Source: a virus (Duplodnaviria > Caudoviricetes). From it: DNA of 58,173 nt. The notes beneath the pieces are model-generated. The model did not search any database, was not told the DNA's origin, and saw only the letters and a list, made by a program, of their open reading frames with translations. Shown piece after piece: positions 9,381 through 19,008 of this stretch (position 1 is the first letter of the stretch; each line of letters opens with the position of its first letter). The stretch is from positions 1 through 58,173 of IMG/VR virus record IMGVR_UViG_3300029818_000003. One strand, given 5' to 3'. Position numbers and translations under genes: made by a program.

Positions 9381-10235
9381 ATGAACACATCCATTCTCAC
9401 TGCCAGCCACTACGGCGTCGTGCATTTCGGCGATCTGGAATGCGAAGCGGTTGTCCTCAAGGGCGGCGAACGCGGCTACGTGCGCCGCCAGCTTGCCAAA
9501 TTGCTCGGCTTCCACGAAGGTCACAAGGGTGGCCGATTCGCCCGGTTTCTCACCGATTTCGCGCCTAACTCCTTGTCGGAATTGGAAAAAACACGTGAGC
9601 CGATTTTGCTGCCGTCAGGTCGGCAGACGCAGTTCTTTCCGGCTGGAATCATCGCTGACCTCGCATCAGCCGTGGTCAATGCGGCGCTGACCGGAACGCT
9701 GCACAAGGCTCGCAAGGGGATCGTCCCCAACTGCATGAAGATCATGCACGCGCTGGCCACCACCGGCGAGGTCGCGCTGATCGACGAGGCAACGGGCTAC
9801 CAGTTCCACCGTGCGCCCGACGCATTGCAGGACTTGATTGCCAAGCTGCTGCGCCAGTCCAGCGGCTCGTGGGAACGGCGCTTTCACGCCGACTACTACC
9901 GCGCCATCTACCGTCTGTTTGGCTGGAAGTACCAGGGCCACGCCCAGAACCCGCCCCACGTCCTTGGCCAGATCACGCAGCGCTGGGTCTACGGGCCGGT
10001 GTTGCCGGAGGAGTTGCTCGATGAGATTCGCAGTCGCAAGCGCATCTCGGACAAGCACCACCAGTGGCTGACCGACAAAGGGCTGACGCGGCTGGAGCAG
10101 CAGATTCATTCGGTGACGGCAATTGCGCGCTGCTCGACCAACTACCGTGACTTCAGCAGGCGTTGCGAGGCCGCATTCGCGGGCGGCGCGCTGCAGCTCG
10201 GTCTGTTGATCGACGAGTTTGAGGAGGTGGCGTGA
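9381..10235 (+). CDS. P63C-domain protein
   Basis: ALIDEATGYQ and WERRFHADYYRAIYRLFGW...KHHQWLT. Confidence 0.85.
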   Translation: MNTSILTASHYGVVHFGDLECEAVVLKGGERGYVRRQLAKLLGFHEGHKGGRFARFLTDFAPNSLSELEKTREPILLPSGRQTQFFPAGIIADLASAVVNAALTGTLHKARKGIVPNCMKIMHALATTGEVALIDEATGYQFHRAPDALQDLIAKLLRQSSGSWERRFHADYYRAIYRLFGWKYQGHAQNPPHVLGQITQRWVYGPVLPEELLDEIRSRKRISDKHHQWLTDKGLTRLEQQIHSVTAIARCSTNYRDFSRRCEAAFAGGALQLGLLIDEFEEVA

Positions 10236-10708
10236 AATGCTGGGTCTGCAAACGTCAGGCGCGGGGATTCGGCCACACCGACAACCAACACGGTGTCGGC
10301 AATCCCCGCCGCTACCCCATCGACTGGGTGTTCTGCTCGCAACGCTGCCAGAACGTCTTTCACGCGATGTACGGCAACTGGCTCAAAGCCAAGGACGAGC
10401 CGGGCAAGCGCAGGGAGGTCGTGATGATCGATCCCTCTGACATCGAGATCGCCTCGATGAAAAAGTGCCTGAAGGCGTTCGGTGAAGCTGCTGGCGAAAT
10501 CGGCTTCACGAAGCCCCTCGGGGATTACTCGGAAGCTGAAGCGCTGCGGGTTATCGACGCCATCGTCACCCGCTACACGGAGGCAATGGTCGAGCATCAC
10601 GAGGCGACCAAGTTTCCGCCGGTGCGCGGCATGCCTCCGACGCCCGATCCCTTGGCGAACCCGTTTGCCGATCTTGAGGACGATCTGCCGTGGGAGACCA
10701 CGCCATGA
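10232..10708 (+). CDS. Phage protein with Zn-finger-like N-terminus (DUF6511-like)
   Basis: CWVC...FCSQRC; GTGA overlap with the upstream gene. Confidence 0.7.
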   Translation: MKCWVCKRQARGFGHTDNQHGVGNPRRYPIDWVFCSQRCQNVFHAMYGNWLKAKDEPGKRREVVMIDPSDIEIASMKKCLKAFGEAAGEIGFTKPLGDYSEAEALRVIDAIVTRYTEAMVEHHEATKFPPVRGMPPTPDPLANPFADLEDDLPWETTP

Positions 10709-11442
10709 TGGACTTCAATTCCACGGCAAGCGTGTCCGGGCAAATCAGCGTGTTGGTCGATGCCGGTCTGCAGCGCGCGCGTGCCCGACAGTCGGTGCGC
10801 CACTACCTTGGCGCATCCCGCTTGGGCGTGGCTTGCGAACGCGCGCTGCAGTACGAATTTGCGCAAGCACCGGTCGACTATGGGCGCGACGTGCCGGGTC
10901 GGATTTTGCGCATCTTCGAGCGTGGCCACGTCAACGAAGAGTGCATGGTCGGATGGCTGCGGGATGCGGGTTTCGATCTGCGCACCCACAAGGCCGACGG
11001 CGAGCAGTTCGGTTTCTCGGTGGCCGACGGACGCCTGCAGGGCCACATCGACGGCGTGTTCGTCGGGGGCCCCGAGGGCTTCGCCTACCCGGCTCTTTGG
11101 GAAAACAAGTGCCTCGGCTCGAAGTCCTGGCGCGATCTGGAGAAGAACCGACTCGCCATTTCCAAGCCTGTCTACGCGGCGCAAGTCGCGCTGTATCAGG
11201 CCTATCTCGAACTACACGAGCACCCGGCGATTTTCACGGCGGTGAACGCCGACACGATGGAAATCTACGTCGAGCTCGTCCCCTTTGATGCAGCCCTTGC
11301 CCAACGCATGTCGGATCGGGCGGTGAAGGTGATCACAGCGACCGAGGCAGCAGAACTCCTGCCGCGCGCCTTCGCTGACCAGACCCACTTCGAATGCCGG
11401 ATGTGCGCGTGGCAAGACCGCTGCTGGAGAACGCAATCATGA
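10705..11442 (+). CDS. Cas4-like PD-(D/E)XK exonuclease with Fe-S cysteines
   Basis: GASRLGVAC, GHIDG, WENK, QVALY, CRMCAWQDRC. Confidence 0.8.
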   Translation: MMDFNSTASVSGQISVLVDAGLQRARARQSVRHYLGASRLGVACERALQYEFAQAPVDYGRDVPGRILRIFERGHVNEECMVGWLRDAGFDLRTHKADGEQFGFSVADGRLQGHIDGVFVGGPEGFAYPALWENKCLGSKSWRDLEKNRLAISKPVYAAQVALYQAYLELHEHPAIFTAVNADTMEIYVELVPFDAALAQRMSDRAVKVITATEAAELLPRAFADQTHFECRMCAWQDRCWRTQS

Positions 11443-11699
11443 ACGACCACAACACAGGCGTCACCGACGACGAAACCATGATCGACGCCAAGCAGGCGGC
11501 AGCCGCACTGAGCCTGCCGTACTACTGGTTTGCCGATCAAACGATGCGCAGCAAGTACCGCATCCCGCATTACCTGCTGGGCGGCTTGGTGCGCTACCGG
11601 ATGTCCGAGCTTTCCGCATGGGCGGCCAGCAGCAAAGCGCCGCAGGGCGATGGTGACAAACAACGCGCCAGCAAAGCGCAGGACGAGGGAGCCGAATGA
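11439..11699 (+). CDS. Small excisionase-like HTH protein
   Basis: MIDAKQAAAALSLP...IPHYLLGGLVRYRMSELSAW. Confidence 0.75.
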   Translation: MNDHNTGVTDDETMIDAKQAAAALSLPYYWFADQTMRSKYRIPHYLLGGLVRYRMSELSAWAASSKAPQGDGDKQRASKAQDEGAE

Positions 11700-13972
11700 T
11701 CGACTTCAACGACATCTCCCTGCCCATCGAAAACCGGGACGCTGAACGCGACGAAATTCGCGCAGAACTGATCGCACGACTGGAGTCGGTACTAACCTCG
11801 ATGTTCCCGGCTGGCAAGAAACGCCAGGGCAAGTTTCTCATCGGCGATGTGCTGGGCAGTCCCGGCGACAGCCTCGAGGTGGTGCTGACCGGCGACAAGG
11901 CCGGACTCTGGACGGATCGAGCGAACGGCGACGGCGGCGACATCTTCGATTTGATCGCGGCCTACCTCGGTGCGAGCATCCATGCCGACTTTCCTCGTGT
12001 GCTGCAGCAAGCCAGTGATCTGCTTGGGCGTGCGCGGTCAACACCGGTGCGCAAAGCCAAAGCAGCACCGCCGTCCGACGATCTCGGCCCCGCGACCGCC
12101 AAGTGGGACTATCACGACGCCACAGGCAAGCTGATCGCCGTTGTCTACCGCTACGACCCACCGGGACGGAAAAAGGAATTCCGGCCGTGGGACGCCAAGC
12201 GCCGCAAGATGGCCCCGCCCGAGCCCCGCCCGCTTTACAACCAGCCGGGGTTGGTTGCCGCTAGCCACATCGTCCTGGTCGAAGGCGAGAAGTGCGCGCA
12301 GGCGCTGATCGATGCCGGAGTGGTGGCGACCACGGCCATGCACGGCGCAAACGCTCCGGTCGATAAAACTGACTGGCAACCGCTGGCAGGCAAGTCAGTG
12401 CTGATCTGGCCGGATCGAGACGCGCCGGGCTGGGATTACGCTGACCGCGCCTCGCAGGCGATCTTGCACGCCGGTGCGACCACGGTGGCCATCCTCGTAC
12501 CACCCGATGACCGGCCCGAGGGTTGGGACGCTGCAGACGCCATTCCTGATGGTTTTGACGTGGCTGGCTTTCTTGCTGTTGGTGAGCGATTGCCCGTGAT
12601 GCGCTCCGTTGAGGAGATTGCGCCGCCGGATTTGTTGACGGGCATCGACTGGAGTACCGAGGACGGACTGTCGACCGCCTTCACCCGTCGCTATGGTCAG
12701 GACTGGCGCTACTGCGCGCTGTGGGGCAAGTGGCTGGTGTGGACGGGTGTGCGCTGGAATGCCGATCAGATGCTTTACGTCTCGCATCTGGCTCGGGGCA
12801 TCTGCCGTAACGCATCGCTGAAGGCAGAGAGCCCAAGGCAGAAAGCCAAGCTCGCCAGCTCGTCCACTATCTCGGCGGTCGAGAAAATCGCCCGATCTGA
12901 TCCGAAGCACGCGTCCAGTGCCGAGGAGTGGGATGCCGATACGTGGGCGCTCAACACCCCGGGTGGCGTGGTCGATCTGCGCACGGGTCGGATGCGCGAG
13001 CACCGGCGTGACGACCGGATGACCAAGGTCAGCACGGCCACCCCCAAGGGCGACTGTCCAACGTGGCATGGGTTTCTGGCCGACGTCACCGGTGGCGATG
13101 CCGATCTGATCGCCTACCTGCAACTGATGGTGGGCTATTGCCTGACCGGTATCACCAGCGAGCACGCGCTGTTCTTCCTGTACGGCACCGGCGCGAACGG
13201 CAAGTCCGTGTTCGTCAATGTGATCACCACGATCCTCGGTGACTACGCGGCCAACGCGCCGATGGACACGTTCATGGACGCGCGCAACGACCGGCACCCG
13301 ACCGATCTGGCCGGACTGCGCGGCGCGCGCTTCGTGTCCTCCATCGAAACCGAACAGGGTCGGCGCTGGAACGAGTCCAAGGTCAAGGCGATCACTGGCG
13401 GCGACAAGGTGTCGGCGCGCTTCATGCGCCAGGACTTCTTCGAGTACGTGCCCCAGTTCAAGTTGGTGATCGCAGGCAACCACAAGCCATCGATCCGCAA
13501 CGTGGACGAGGCGATGAAGCGTCGTCTGCACCTGATTCCGTTCACGGTCACCATTCCGCCAGAAAAGCGGGACGGCAGGCTCACCGACAAGCTGCTCAAG
13601 GAGCGCGATGGCATTTTGGCGTGGGCGGTCGAGGGATGCAGCCGCTGGCAACAGCAAGGGCTGAAACCGCCAGCCAGCGTGGTGTCGGCGACCGAGGAGT
13701 ATTTCGAGGCAGAGGATGCGCTCGGGCAATGGATCGAGGAGCGCTGCCTGCTGGCCAAGACCAGCCGCGAAGGCGTGTCCGATCTGTTTTCTGACTGGCG
13801 TGAGTGGGCCGAACGCGCAGGCGAATTCGTCGGATCGGTCAAGCGCTTCTCGGAACTGATGGCCACACGCAAGTTCGAGAAGTGCCGACTGACCGGTGGC
13901 GTGCGCGGTTTGACCGGGCTGTCCCTCAGACCCAAGCCCTACAACGCCAGCTACCCGTACCGCGATGACTAA
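11696..13972 (+). CDS. Primase-helicase (Toprim + D5/P4-type SF3 helicase)
   Basis: VEGEK, WPDRD, GWDAAD Toprim motifs; YGTGANGKS Walker A; KAITGGD, GNHKP. Confidence 0.92.
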   Translation: MIDFNDISLPIENRDAERDEIRAELIARLESVLTSMFPAGKKRQGKFLIGDVLGSPGDSLEVVLTGDKAGLWTDRANGDGGDIFDLIAAYLGASIHADFPRVLQQASDLLGRARSTPVRKAKAAPPSDDLGPATAKWDYHDATGKLIAVVYRYDPPGRKKEFRPWDAKRRKMAPPEPRPLYNQPGLVAASHIVLVEGEKCAQALIDAGVVATTAMHGANAPVDKTDWQPLAGKSVLIWPDRDAPGWDYADRASQAILHAGATTVAILVPPDDRPEGWDAADAIPDGFDVAGFLAVGERLPVMRSVEEIAPPDLLTGIDWSTEDGLSTAFTRRYGQDWRYCALWGKWLVWTGVRWNADQMLYVSHLARGICRNASLKAESPRQKAKLASSSTISAVEKIARSDPKHASSAEEWDADTWALNTPGGVVDLRTGRMREHRRDDRMTKVSTATPKGDCPTWHGFLADVTGGDADLIAYLQLMVGYCLTGITSEHALFFLYGTGANGKSVFVNVITTILGDYAANAPMDTFMDARNDRHPTDLAGLRGARFVSSIETEQGRRWNESKVKAITGGDKVSARFMRQDFFEYVPQFKLVIAGNHKPSIRNVDEAMKRRLHLIPFTVTIPPEKRDGRLTDKLLKERDGILAWAVEGCSRWQQQGLKPPASVVSATEEYFEAEDALGQWIEERCLLAKTSREGVSDLFSDWREWAERAGEFVGSVKRFSELMATRKFEKCRLTGGVRGLTGLSLRPKPYNASYPYRDD

Positions 13973-13988
13973 CCAGCAAAACCGTCGA

Positions 13989-14086
13989 GTGACGGATGTG
14001 ACGGACTTGTCGGATACCTCTCTTTGCCTGCGCACGCGCACGCACACGTGTAGAGAGTTATACGGAGAACCCGTCGCATCCGTCAC
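13989..14086. repeat. Iteron-like repeats, candidate replication origin
   Basis: GTGACGGA x2 plus TGTCGGA, with inverted CCGTCGC and TCCGTCAC, flanking a CGCA-rich tract right after the primase. Confidence 0.6.
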
Positions 14087-14108
14087 TCGCCCCCAAAACT
14101 CAGGAGCA

Positions 14109-14591
14109 ATGACGATGAACACGACAACCAACAGCACCATTCTTGCCCTTGATCTGGGCACGCACACCGGCTGGGCACTGCACCAACTGGACAGCACTAT
14201 CACCAGCGGCACCGAGCATTTCAAGCCCCAGCGATTTGAAGGCGGCGGAATGCGCTTCCTGCGATTCAAGCGCTGGTTGGCTGAAGTGCTGACCACCAGT
14301 GGCCACATCAACGCGGTGTATTTCGAGGAGGTTCGACGCCACGCAGGCGTCGATGCAGCCCACGCCTACGGTGGTTTCATGGGCCATCTGACCGCGTGGT
14401 GCGAGCATCACAACATCCCCTACCAAGGCGTTCCGGTCGGCACGATCAAAAAGCACGCAACCGGCAAAGGCAACGCAGGCAAGGACGAGATGATCGCCTC
14501 CGTTCAATTGCGTGGTCACGCCCCTTGCGACGACAACGAAGCCGATGCCCTGGCACTGTTGCACTGGGCTATCGAGACGCAGGAGGTGTGA
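14109..14591 (+). CDS. RuvC-like Holliday junction resolvase
   Basis: ILALDLG, YFEEV, IKKHATGKGNAGK, DNEADA. Confidence 0.85.
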   Translation: MTMNTTTNSTILALDLGTHTGWALHQLDSTITSGTEHFKPQRFEGGGMRFLRFKRWLAEVLTTSGHINAVYFEEVRRHAGVDAAHAYGGFMGHLTAWCEHHNIPYQGVPVGTIKKHATGKGNAGKDEMIASVQLRGHAPCDDNEADALALLHWAIETQEV

Positions 14592-14592
14592 G

Positions 14593-14796
14593 ATGAAAGT
14601 TCCAACACCTCAATACCGCTGCCCTTTGGGTCGGCTGCAACCAAACGTCACGGATCTGGATGCGATGAAACGCAACGGCTGGCGTGACCAGCACATCCTG
14701 GTGGTCAACGAGTCCGACGAGCGACTGGATTTCATCGAGCGTGAGATCGTGCGCCGCATTGGTGAACGCCTGTACGGAGGTGCGCGTCATGACTGA
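14593..14796 (+). CDS. Small hypothetical protein
   Basis: GGAGG RBS; overlaps the next gene. Confidence 0.65.
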   Translation: MKVPTPQYRCPLGRLQPNVTDLDAMKRNGWRDQHILVVNESDERLDFIEREIVRRIGERLYGGARHD

Positions 14797-15205
14797 GTGG
14801 ACGATAGATGATGTGGCAGCACGCTTCGAGGATGCTGCTGTCACTGGCCAACGCCTACCCCCTGTCCGTGTGCAGGGCTACTTCAACACGTGGCCAGCTT
14901 TCGTGCGCACGGCGTGGGAAGCTTTCTCCTCTGACGCGCCTGAGTACCGACCATTCCCACCCAGCCCCGTCGACATCGACCGGATGCTGGAGACGATGCG
15001 CTGGGTGCAGTGGCTTGAGGTTGAGCAACGTCACCTCGTGTGGATGCGGGCCAAGCGGCACGGCTGGCGTGACATCACGATCCGCTTTGCCTGCGACCGC
15101 AGCACAGCGTGGCGGCGCTGGCAGAAGGCGCTGGAGATCGTGGCGACCAATCTCAACGCTGAAGGCAGGTGTTCACCTTCCAAAATCGTGAGCAACGTCG
15201 GGTAA
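14789..15205 (+). CDS. DUF6362-like HTH protein, candidate late-gene activator
   Basis: C-terminal HTH (WRDITIRFACDRSTAWRRW); last early gene before cos and the late region. Confidence 0.7.
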   Translation: MTEWTIDDVAARFEDAAVTGQRLPPVRVQGYFNTWPAFVRTAWEAFSSDAPEYRPFPPSPVDIDRMLETMRWVQWLEVEQRHLVWMRAKRHGWRDITIRFACDRSTAWRRWQKALEIVATNLNAEGRCSPSKIVSNVG

Positions 15206-15348
15206 TGCTTGCCGCGTTTGTCCTCGCTTTGCCCTGTTTGTCCCTTTTAACGCGGTTTGGTCGTGCAACAAAACGACCCGTTTGGGGGTAATATTTCAGC
15301 TATCTTCTGGACAGCGGTGACGATAAAGCAAGTGCCCCAAGGCAAAAG

Positions 15349-15446
15349 GGGTCCTTCCTTTCCAAAATCGTATGCGGGAGGCGACAGCGCGGCATTGCGC
15401 TAGCGTCCGACTGCAAACCGAGGTTTGCAGGGTTTGCAGTTTGCAC
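15349..15446 (+). other. Lambda-like cos site (cosQ-cosN-cosB-like)
   Basis: GGGTCCT (identical to lambda cosQ) at 15349; GGGAGGCGACAG-CGCGG at 15376 versus lambda GGGCGGCGACCT-CGCGG; then CTGCAAACC and GGTTTGCAG repeats. Confidence 0.7.
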
Positions 15447-15473
15447 CCCCGCCACCATCCAGCAAGCATTACG

Positions 15474-15509
15474 AAACCCGCCCACGGTCTGAACGTCGGC
15501 GGGTTTTTT
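15474..15509 (+). terminator. Terminator-like hairpin between cos and the methylases
   Basis: AAACCCGCC...GGCGGGTTTTTT. Confidence 0.6.
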
Positions 15510-15600
15510 CATTTCAACGCAGCAGCGACGCTCGCGGCCTGCGACGGGGTTCCCTCCTTACCCGTCCGGGCCGCTTCTTTTTGAGAGACACGAACTGAAT

Positions 15601-17016
15601 ATGCTCAACGTCGAGTACCGCAAGGTCGAGGCGCTGATCCCCTACGCCCGGAATCCAAGAACGCACAACGATGAGCAGGTGGCCAAGATCGCCGCCAGCA
15701 TCGTCGAGTACGGTTGGACGAATCCGGTGCTGGTGGACGGCGACAACGGCATCATCGCTGGCCACGGTCGGCTCGCGGCCGCGCACAAGCTGGGCCTGAC
15801 CGAGGTGCCGGTGATTGAACTGGCGCATCTGTCGCCGACGCAAAAGCGTGCCTACGTGATCTCCGACAACCGTCTCGCGCTGGATGCCGGATGGGACGAC
15901 GCGATGCTGGCGCTGGAGCTGGCCGAGTTGTCAGAAGCCGGGTTCGACCTCGCGCTTACTGGTTTCGAGGATGCCGAGATTGAAGCCTTGCTGGCCGACG
16001 AGATTGGTGATGGTGATCGCGACCAGGAGCAGGACGCCGACGAGTCCGATGCTGCCGACGACGTACCCGACACTCCGACAACTCCGGTGTCTCGCACTGG
16101 TGATGTGTGGGCACTGGGTCAGCACCGGCTGATTTGCGGCGACGCCGCCGACCCGTCCGTGATCGCCAGTCTGATGCGGGGCGAGCAAGCCAAGCTCTGC
16201 TTCACCTCGCCGCCCTACGGCAACCAGCGTGACTACGCCAGCGGTGGCATTACCGATTGGGATGGCCTGATGCGCGGCGTGTTCGGCAACGTGCCGATGG
16301 CCGAGGACGCGCAGGTGCTGGTTAACCTCGGACTGATCCATCGCGACAACGAAGTCATCCCGTATTGGGACGGCTGGCTCGGGTGGATGCGCACACAGGG
16401 TTGGCGGCGCTTCGCGTGGTACGTCTGGGATCAGGGTCCGGGGATGCCCGGCGACTGGCAGGGGCGGCTGGCCCCGAGCTTTGAATTCGTTTTTCACTTC
16501 AACCGGCAAAACCGCAAGCCCAACAAGATCGTGCCCTGCAAGCACGCGGGACAGGATTCGCATCTGCGCGCCGATGGCTCGTCGACAGCGATGCGCGGCA
16601 AGGATGGCGAGGTTGGCGGCTGGACGCACGCAGGCCAGCCCACGCAGGACAAGCGGATTCCCGACTCGGTGATCCGGGTGATGCGGCACAAAGGCAAGAT
16701 CGGTCAGGACATTGACCACCCCGCCGTATTCCCGGTGGCGCTGCCGGAGTTCATTCTCGACGCCTACTCGGACAGCGGCGACATTGTGTTCGAGCCGTTC
16801 GGCGGTAGTGGTACGACGATGCTGGCTGCCGAGCGCACCGGTCGCCGGTGCCGCGCGGTTGAGATCGCCCCCGAATACGTGGACGTCGCGGTCAAACGCT
16901 TCCAGCAGAATTTTCCGGACGTGCCGGTGACGCTGCTGGGCGATGGGGAAAATGTGGGCCAGACCTTCGAGGCCGTGGCCGCCGAACGACTGGCAGGCGC
17001 GGCGGTGTCGCCATGA
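15601..17016 (+). CDS. ParB-N-fused amino DNA methyltransferase (SPPY, beta order)
   Basis: PYARNPRTH and IIAGHGRL ParB domain; FTSPPY, HPAVFP, EPFGGSGTT. Confidence 0.92.
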   Translation: MLNVEYRKVEALIPYARNPRTHNDEQVAKIAASIVEYGWTNPVLVDGDNGIIAGHGRLAAAHKLGLTEVPVIELAHLSPTQKRAYVISDNRLALDAGWDDAMLALELAELSEAGFDLALTGFEDAEIEALLADEIGDGDRDQEQDADESDAADDVPDTPTTPVSRTGDVWALGQHRLICGDAADPSVIASLMRGEQAKLCFTSPPYGNQRDYASGGITDWDGLMRGVFGNVPMAEDAQVLVNLGLIHRDNEVIPYWDGWLGWMRTQGWRRFAWYVWDQGPGMPGDWQGRLAPSFEFVFHFNRQNRKPNKIVPCKHAGQDSHLRADGSSTAMRGKDGEVGGWTHAGQPTQDKRIPDSVIRVMRHKGKIGQDIDHPAVFPVALPEFILDAYSDSGDIVFEPFGGSGTTMLAAERTGRRCRAVEIAPEYVDVAVKRFQQNFPDVPVTLLGDGENVGQTFEAVAAERLAGAAVSP

Positions 17017-18284
17017 GCGCATCGTGGCTTGCCGACAAAATCGAGCAGTGGCCGACCGCCAAACTGCTGCCCTACGCCCGCAATGCGCGGACGCACTCGG
17101 ATGAACAGGTCGCGCAGATTGCTGCCTCGATTGCCGAGTTTGGTTTCACCAACCCGATTCTGGCCGGGGCCGATGGCTTGATCGTCGCTGGTCACGGACG
17201 ACTGGCCGCCGCCCACAAGCTCGGACTGGCACTGGTGCCGGTCGTGGTGCTGGAACACCTGAGCCCGACTCAGCGGCGTGCGCTGGTGATTGCTGATAAC
17301 CGGATCGCCGAGAACGCGGGCTGGGACGAAGCGATGCTGCGCATCGAATTGGTAACGCTGCAGGACGACGACTTTGATGTATCGCTGACCGGCTTCGACG
17401 CGGATGCGCTGGCCGAGTTGTTGGCGGATGAGGATGGCAGCGGTGACGGTGAGACTGACGACGATGCCGTGCCAGAGATTACCGAGACGCCAATCTCCCG
17501 TCCGGGCGATGTCTGGTTGCTGGCTGGCCACCGCCTGCTGTGCGGTGACTCAACAAAAGCAGAGTGCTTCGAGCAGCTACTCCAGGGCGAGCAGGTGGAC
17601 ATGGTATTCACCGACCCGCCGTACAACGTGAACTACGCCAACACGGCCAAGGACAAGATGCGCGGCACCAACCGGGCGATCCTGAACGACAACCTCGGGG
17701 ATGGCTTTTACGATTTCCTGCTGGCGGCGTTGACGCCGACCATCGCCAACTGCCGAGGCGGCATCTACGTGGCGATGTCCTCCAGTGAACTGGATGTGCT
17801 GCAGTCAGCTTTCCGCGAGGCGGGTGGCAAGTGGTCGACCTTCGTGATCTGGGCCAAGAACACTTTCACGCTGGGTCGCTCCGACTACCAGCGCCAGTAC
17901 GAGCCGATCCTCTACGGATGGCCCGAAGGCGCGACGCGCCACTGGTGCGGGGATCGCGATCAGAGCGATGTCTGGCAAATCAAGAAGCCGCACAAGAACG
18001 ATCTGCACCCGACGATGAAGCCGGTGGAACTGGTGGAGCGTGCGATTCGCAATTCGAGTCGCCCGGACAATGTGGTGCTCGACCCTTTCGGTGGCTCCGG
18101 CACGACGCTGATCGCCGCCGAGAAATCAGGACGGCTGGCGCGTTTGATCGAACTCGACCCCAAGTACGTCGATGTGATTGTGCGCCGCTGGCAGGACTGG
18201 ACGGGCAAGAAGGCTACCCGCGAATCTGATGGGTTGGCGTTCGATGATCAGGCGGCGAGCGATTCGTCGGTGATCTCGCAGTGA
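17013..18284 (+). CDS. ParB-N-fused amino DNA methyltransferase (DPPY, beta order)
   Basis: ParB domain; FTDPPY, HPTMKP, DPFGGSGTT. Confidence 0.92.
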   Translation: MSASWLADKIEQWPTAKLLPYARNARTHSDEQVAQIAASIAEFGFTNPILAGADGLIVAGHGRLAAAHKLGLALVPVVVLEHLSPTQRRALVIADNRIAENAGWDEAMLRIELVTLQDDDFDVSLTGFDADALAELLADEDGSGDGETDDDAVPEITETPISRPGDVWLLAGHRLLCGDSTKAECFEQLLQGEQVDMVFTDPPYNVNYANTAKDKMRGTNRAILNDNLGDGFYDFLLAALTPTIANCRGGIYVAMSSSELDVLQSAFREAGGKWSTFVIWAKNTFTLGRSDYQRQYEPILYGWPEGATRHWCGDRDQSDVWQIKKPHKNDLHPTMKPVELVERAIRNSSRPDNVVLDPFGGSGTTLIAAEKSGRLARLIELDPKYVDVIVRRWQDWTGKKATRESDGLAFDDQAASDSSVISQ

Positions 18285-18616
18285 ATCACAAAGCCCGTCA
18301 GGTAGGGCAAGCCCCGTGGGATGCCGTAATCCTGGGTGGTGTGGCGGTTGATCTTCCAAGTCATCCACTGCGTTGTTGCTGCGTGGATCGCGTCGACCAG
18401 AGCGCGTCCCGCGTGGATCTGGTTGAGGACATCGTCTGCAAAGTGGCGTCCGTGGCGGCTGTCGAGGAAAAGTCTGACCAATTCGAGAGGCTGGTTGGTC
18501 GCGTCCGAGATGGCGGTCATCGCCAGTGGCCACGCTGTGGCGGCGTTCTCATTCATCGTGCCCCAAAAGCCCCAGTCTTCGTTCTGGGTGGCGGGGATTT
18601 GGTTGATGGTGTTCAT
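18248..18616 (-). CDS. Hypothetical protein (antisense cassette A)
   Basis: AAGGAG RBS before MNTINQIPATQNEDWGFWGTM; 3' end overlaps the methylase convergently. Confidence 0.75.
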   Translation of the reverse strand: MNTINQIPATQNEDWGFWGTMNENAATAWPLAMTAISDATNQPLELVRLFLDSRHGRHFADDVLNQIHAGRALVDAIHAATTQWMTWKINRHTTQDYGIPRGLPYLTGFVIHCEITDESLAA

Positions 18617-18720
18617 CGTTGGCTCCTTGGGGTTGATCGTTGCGACACCCGTAGTAACGCGCTGTTCGATTGAGAAGCCAAGCTGTTCTCGGTCGCTTCG
18701 CAATCTATTGCGATTCAACT

Positions 18721-18933
18721 TCATTTGAGAATTTCGAAGCTACCCGGGCCGTTGCCCTCATCGTCAGAGAGAAGGAGGATTGTTCGTGTCGAGCCATCCG
18801 GCAATGTGACAACAAAGCCGAAAAATTCGTCTTCCGCAGCATCTTCATGCGGGCCGGTTCTGGCGAGGGCAGAAATTGTTCCTCCGACTAATGGACGAAG
18901 CTGGTTGAGGTAAAAGCTGGTTGCTGGATTCAC
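18721..18933 (-). CDS. Small hypothetical protein (cassette B)
   Basis: AGGAG RBS with GTG start; acidic C-terminal DDEGNGPG. Confidence 0.65.
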   Translation of the reverse strand: MNPATSFYLNQLRPLVGGTISALARTGPHEDAAEDEFFGFVVTLPDGSTRTILLLSDDEGNGPGSFEILK

Positions 18934-19008
18934 GTTGTTCTCCTGTGTTGATGACGAGCGTATGAACGCGCTGTCTGATTGAGAAGCCAAGCTGTTCTCT
19001 GCTTTTTC

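Noticed and set aside
10705-11442. CRISPR-Cas system
   Set aside because: Solo Cas4-like gene in a phage recombination module, with no cas1/cas2 or array
12395-14311. 638-aa minus-strand ORF and similar long shadow ORFs (e.g. 26766..28139, 30829..32184, 33697..35181)
   Set aside because: Antisense to well-supported genes in GC-rich DNA, with no motifs
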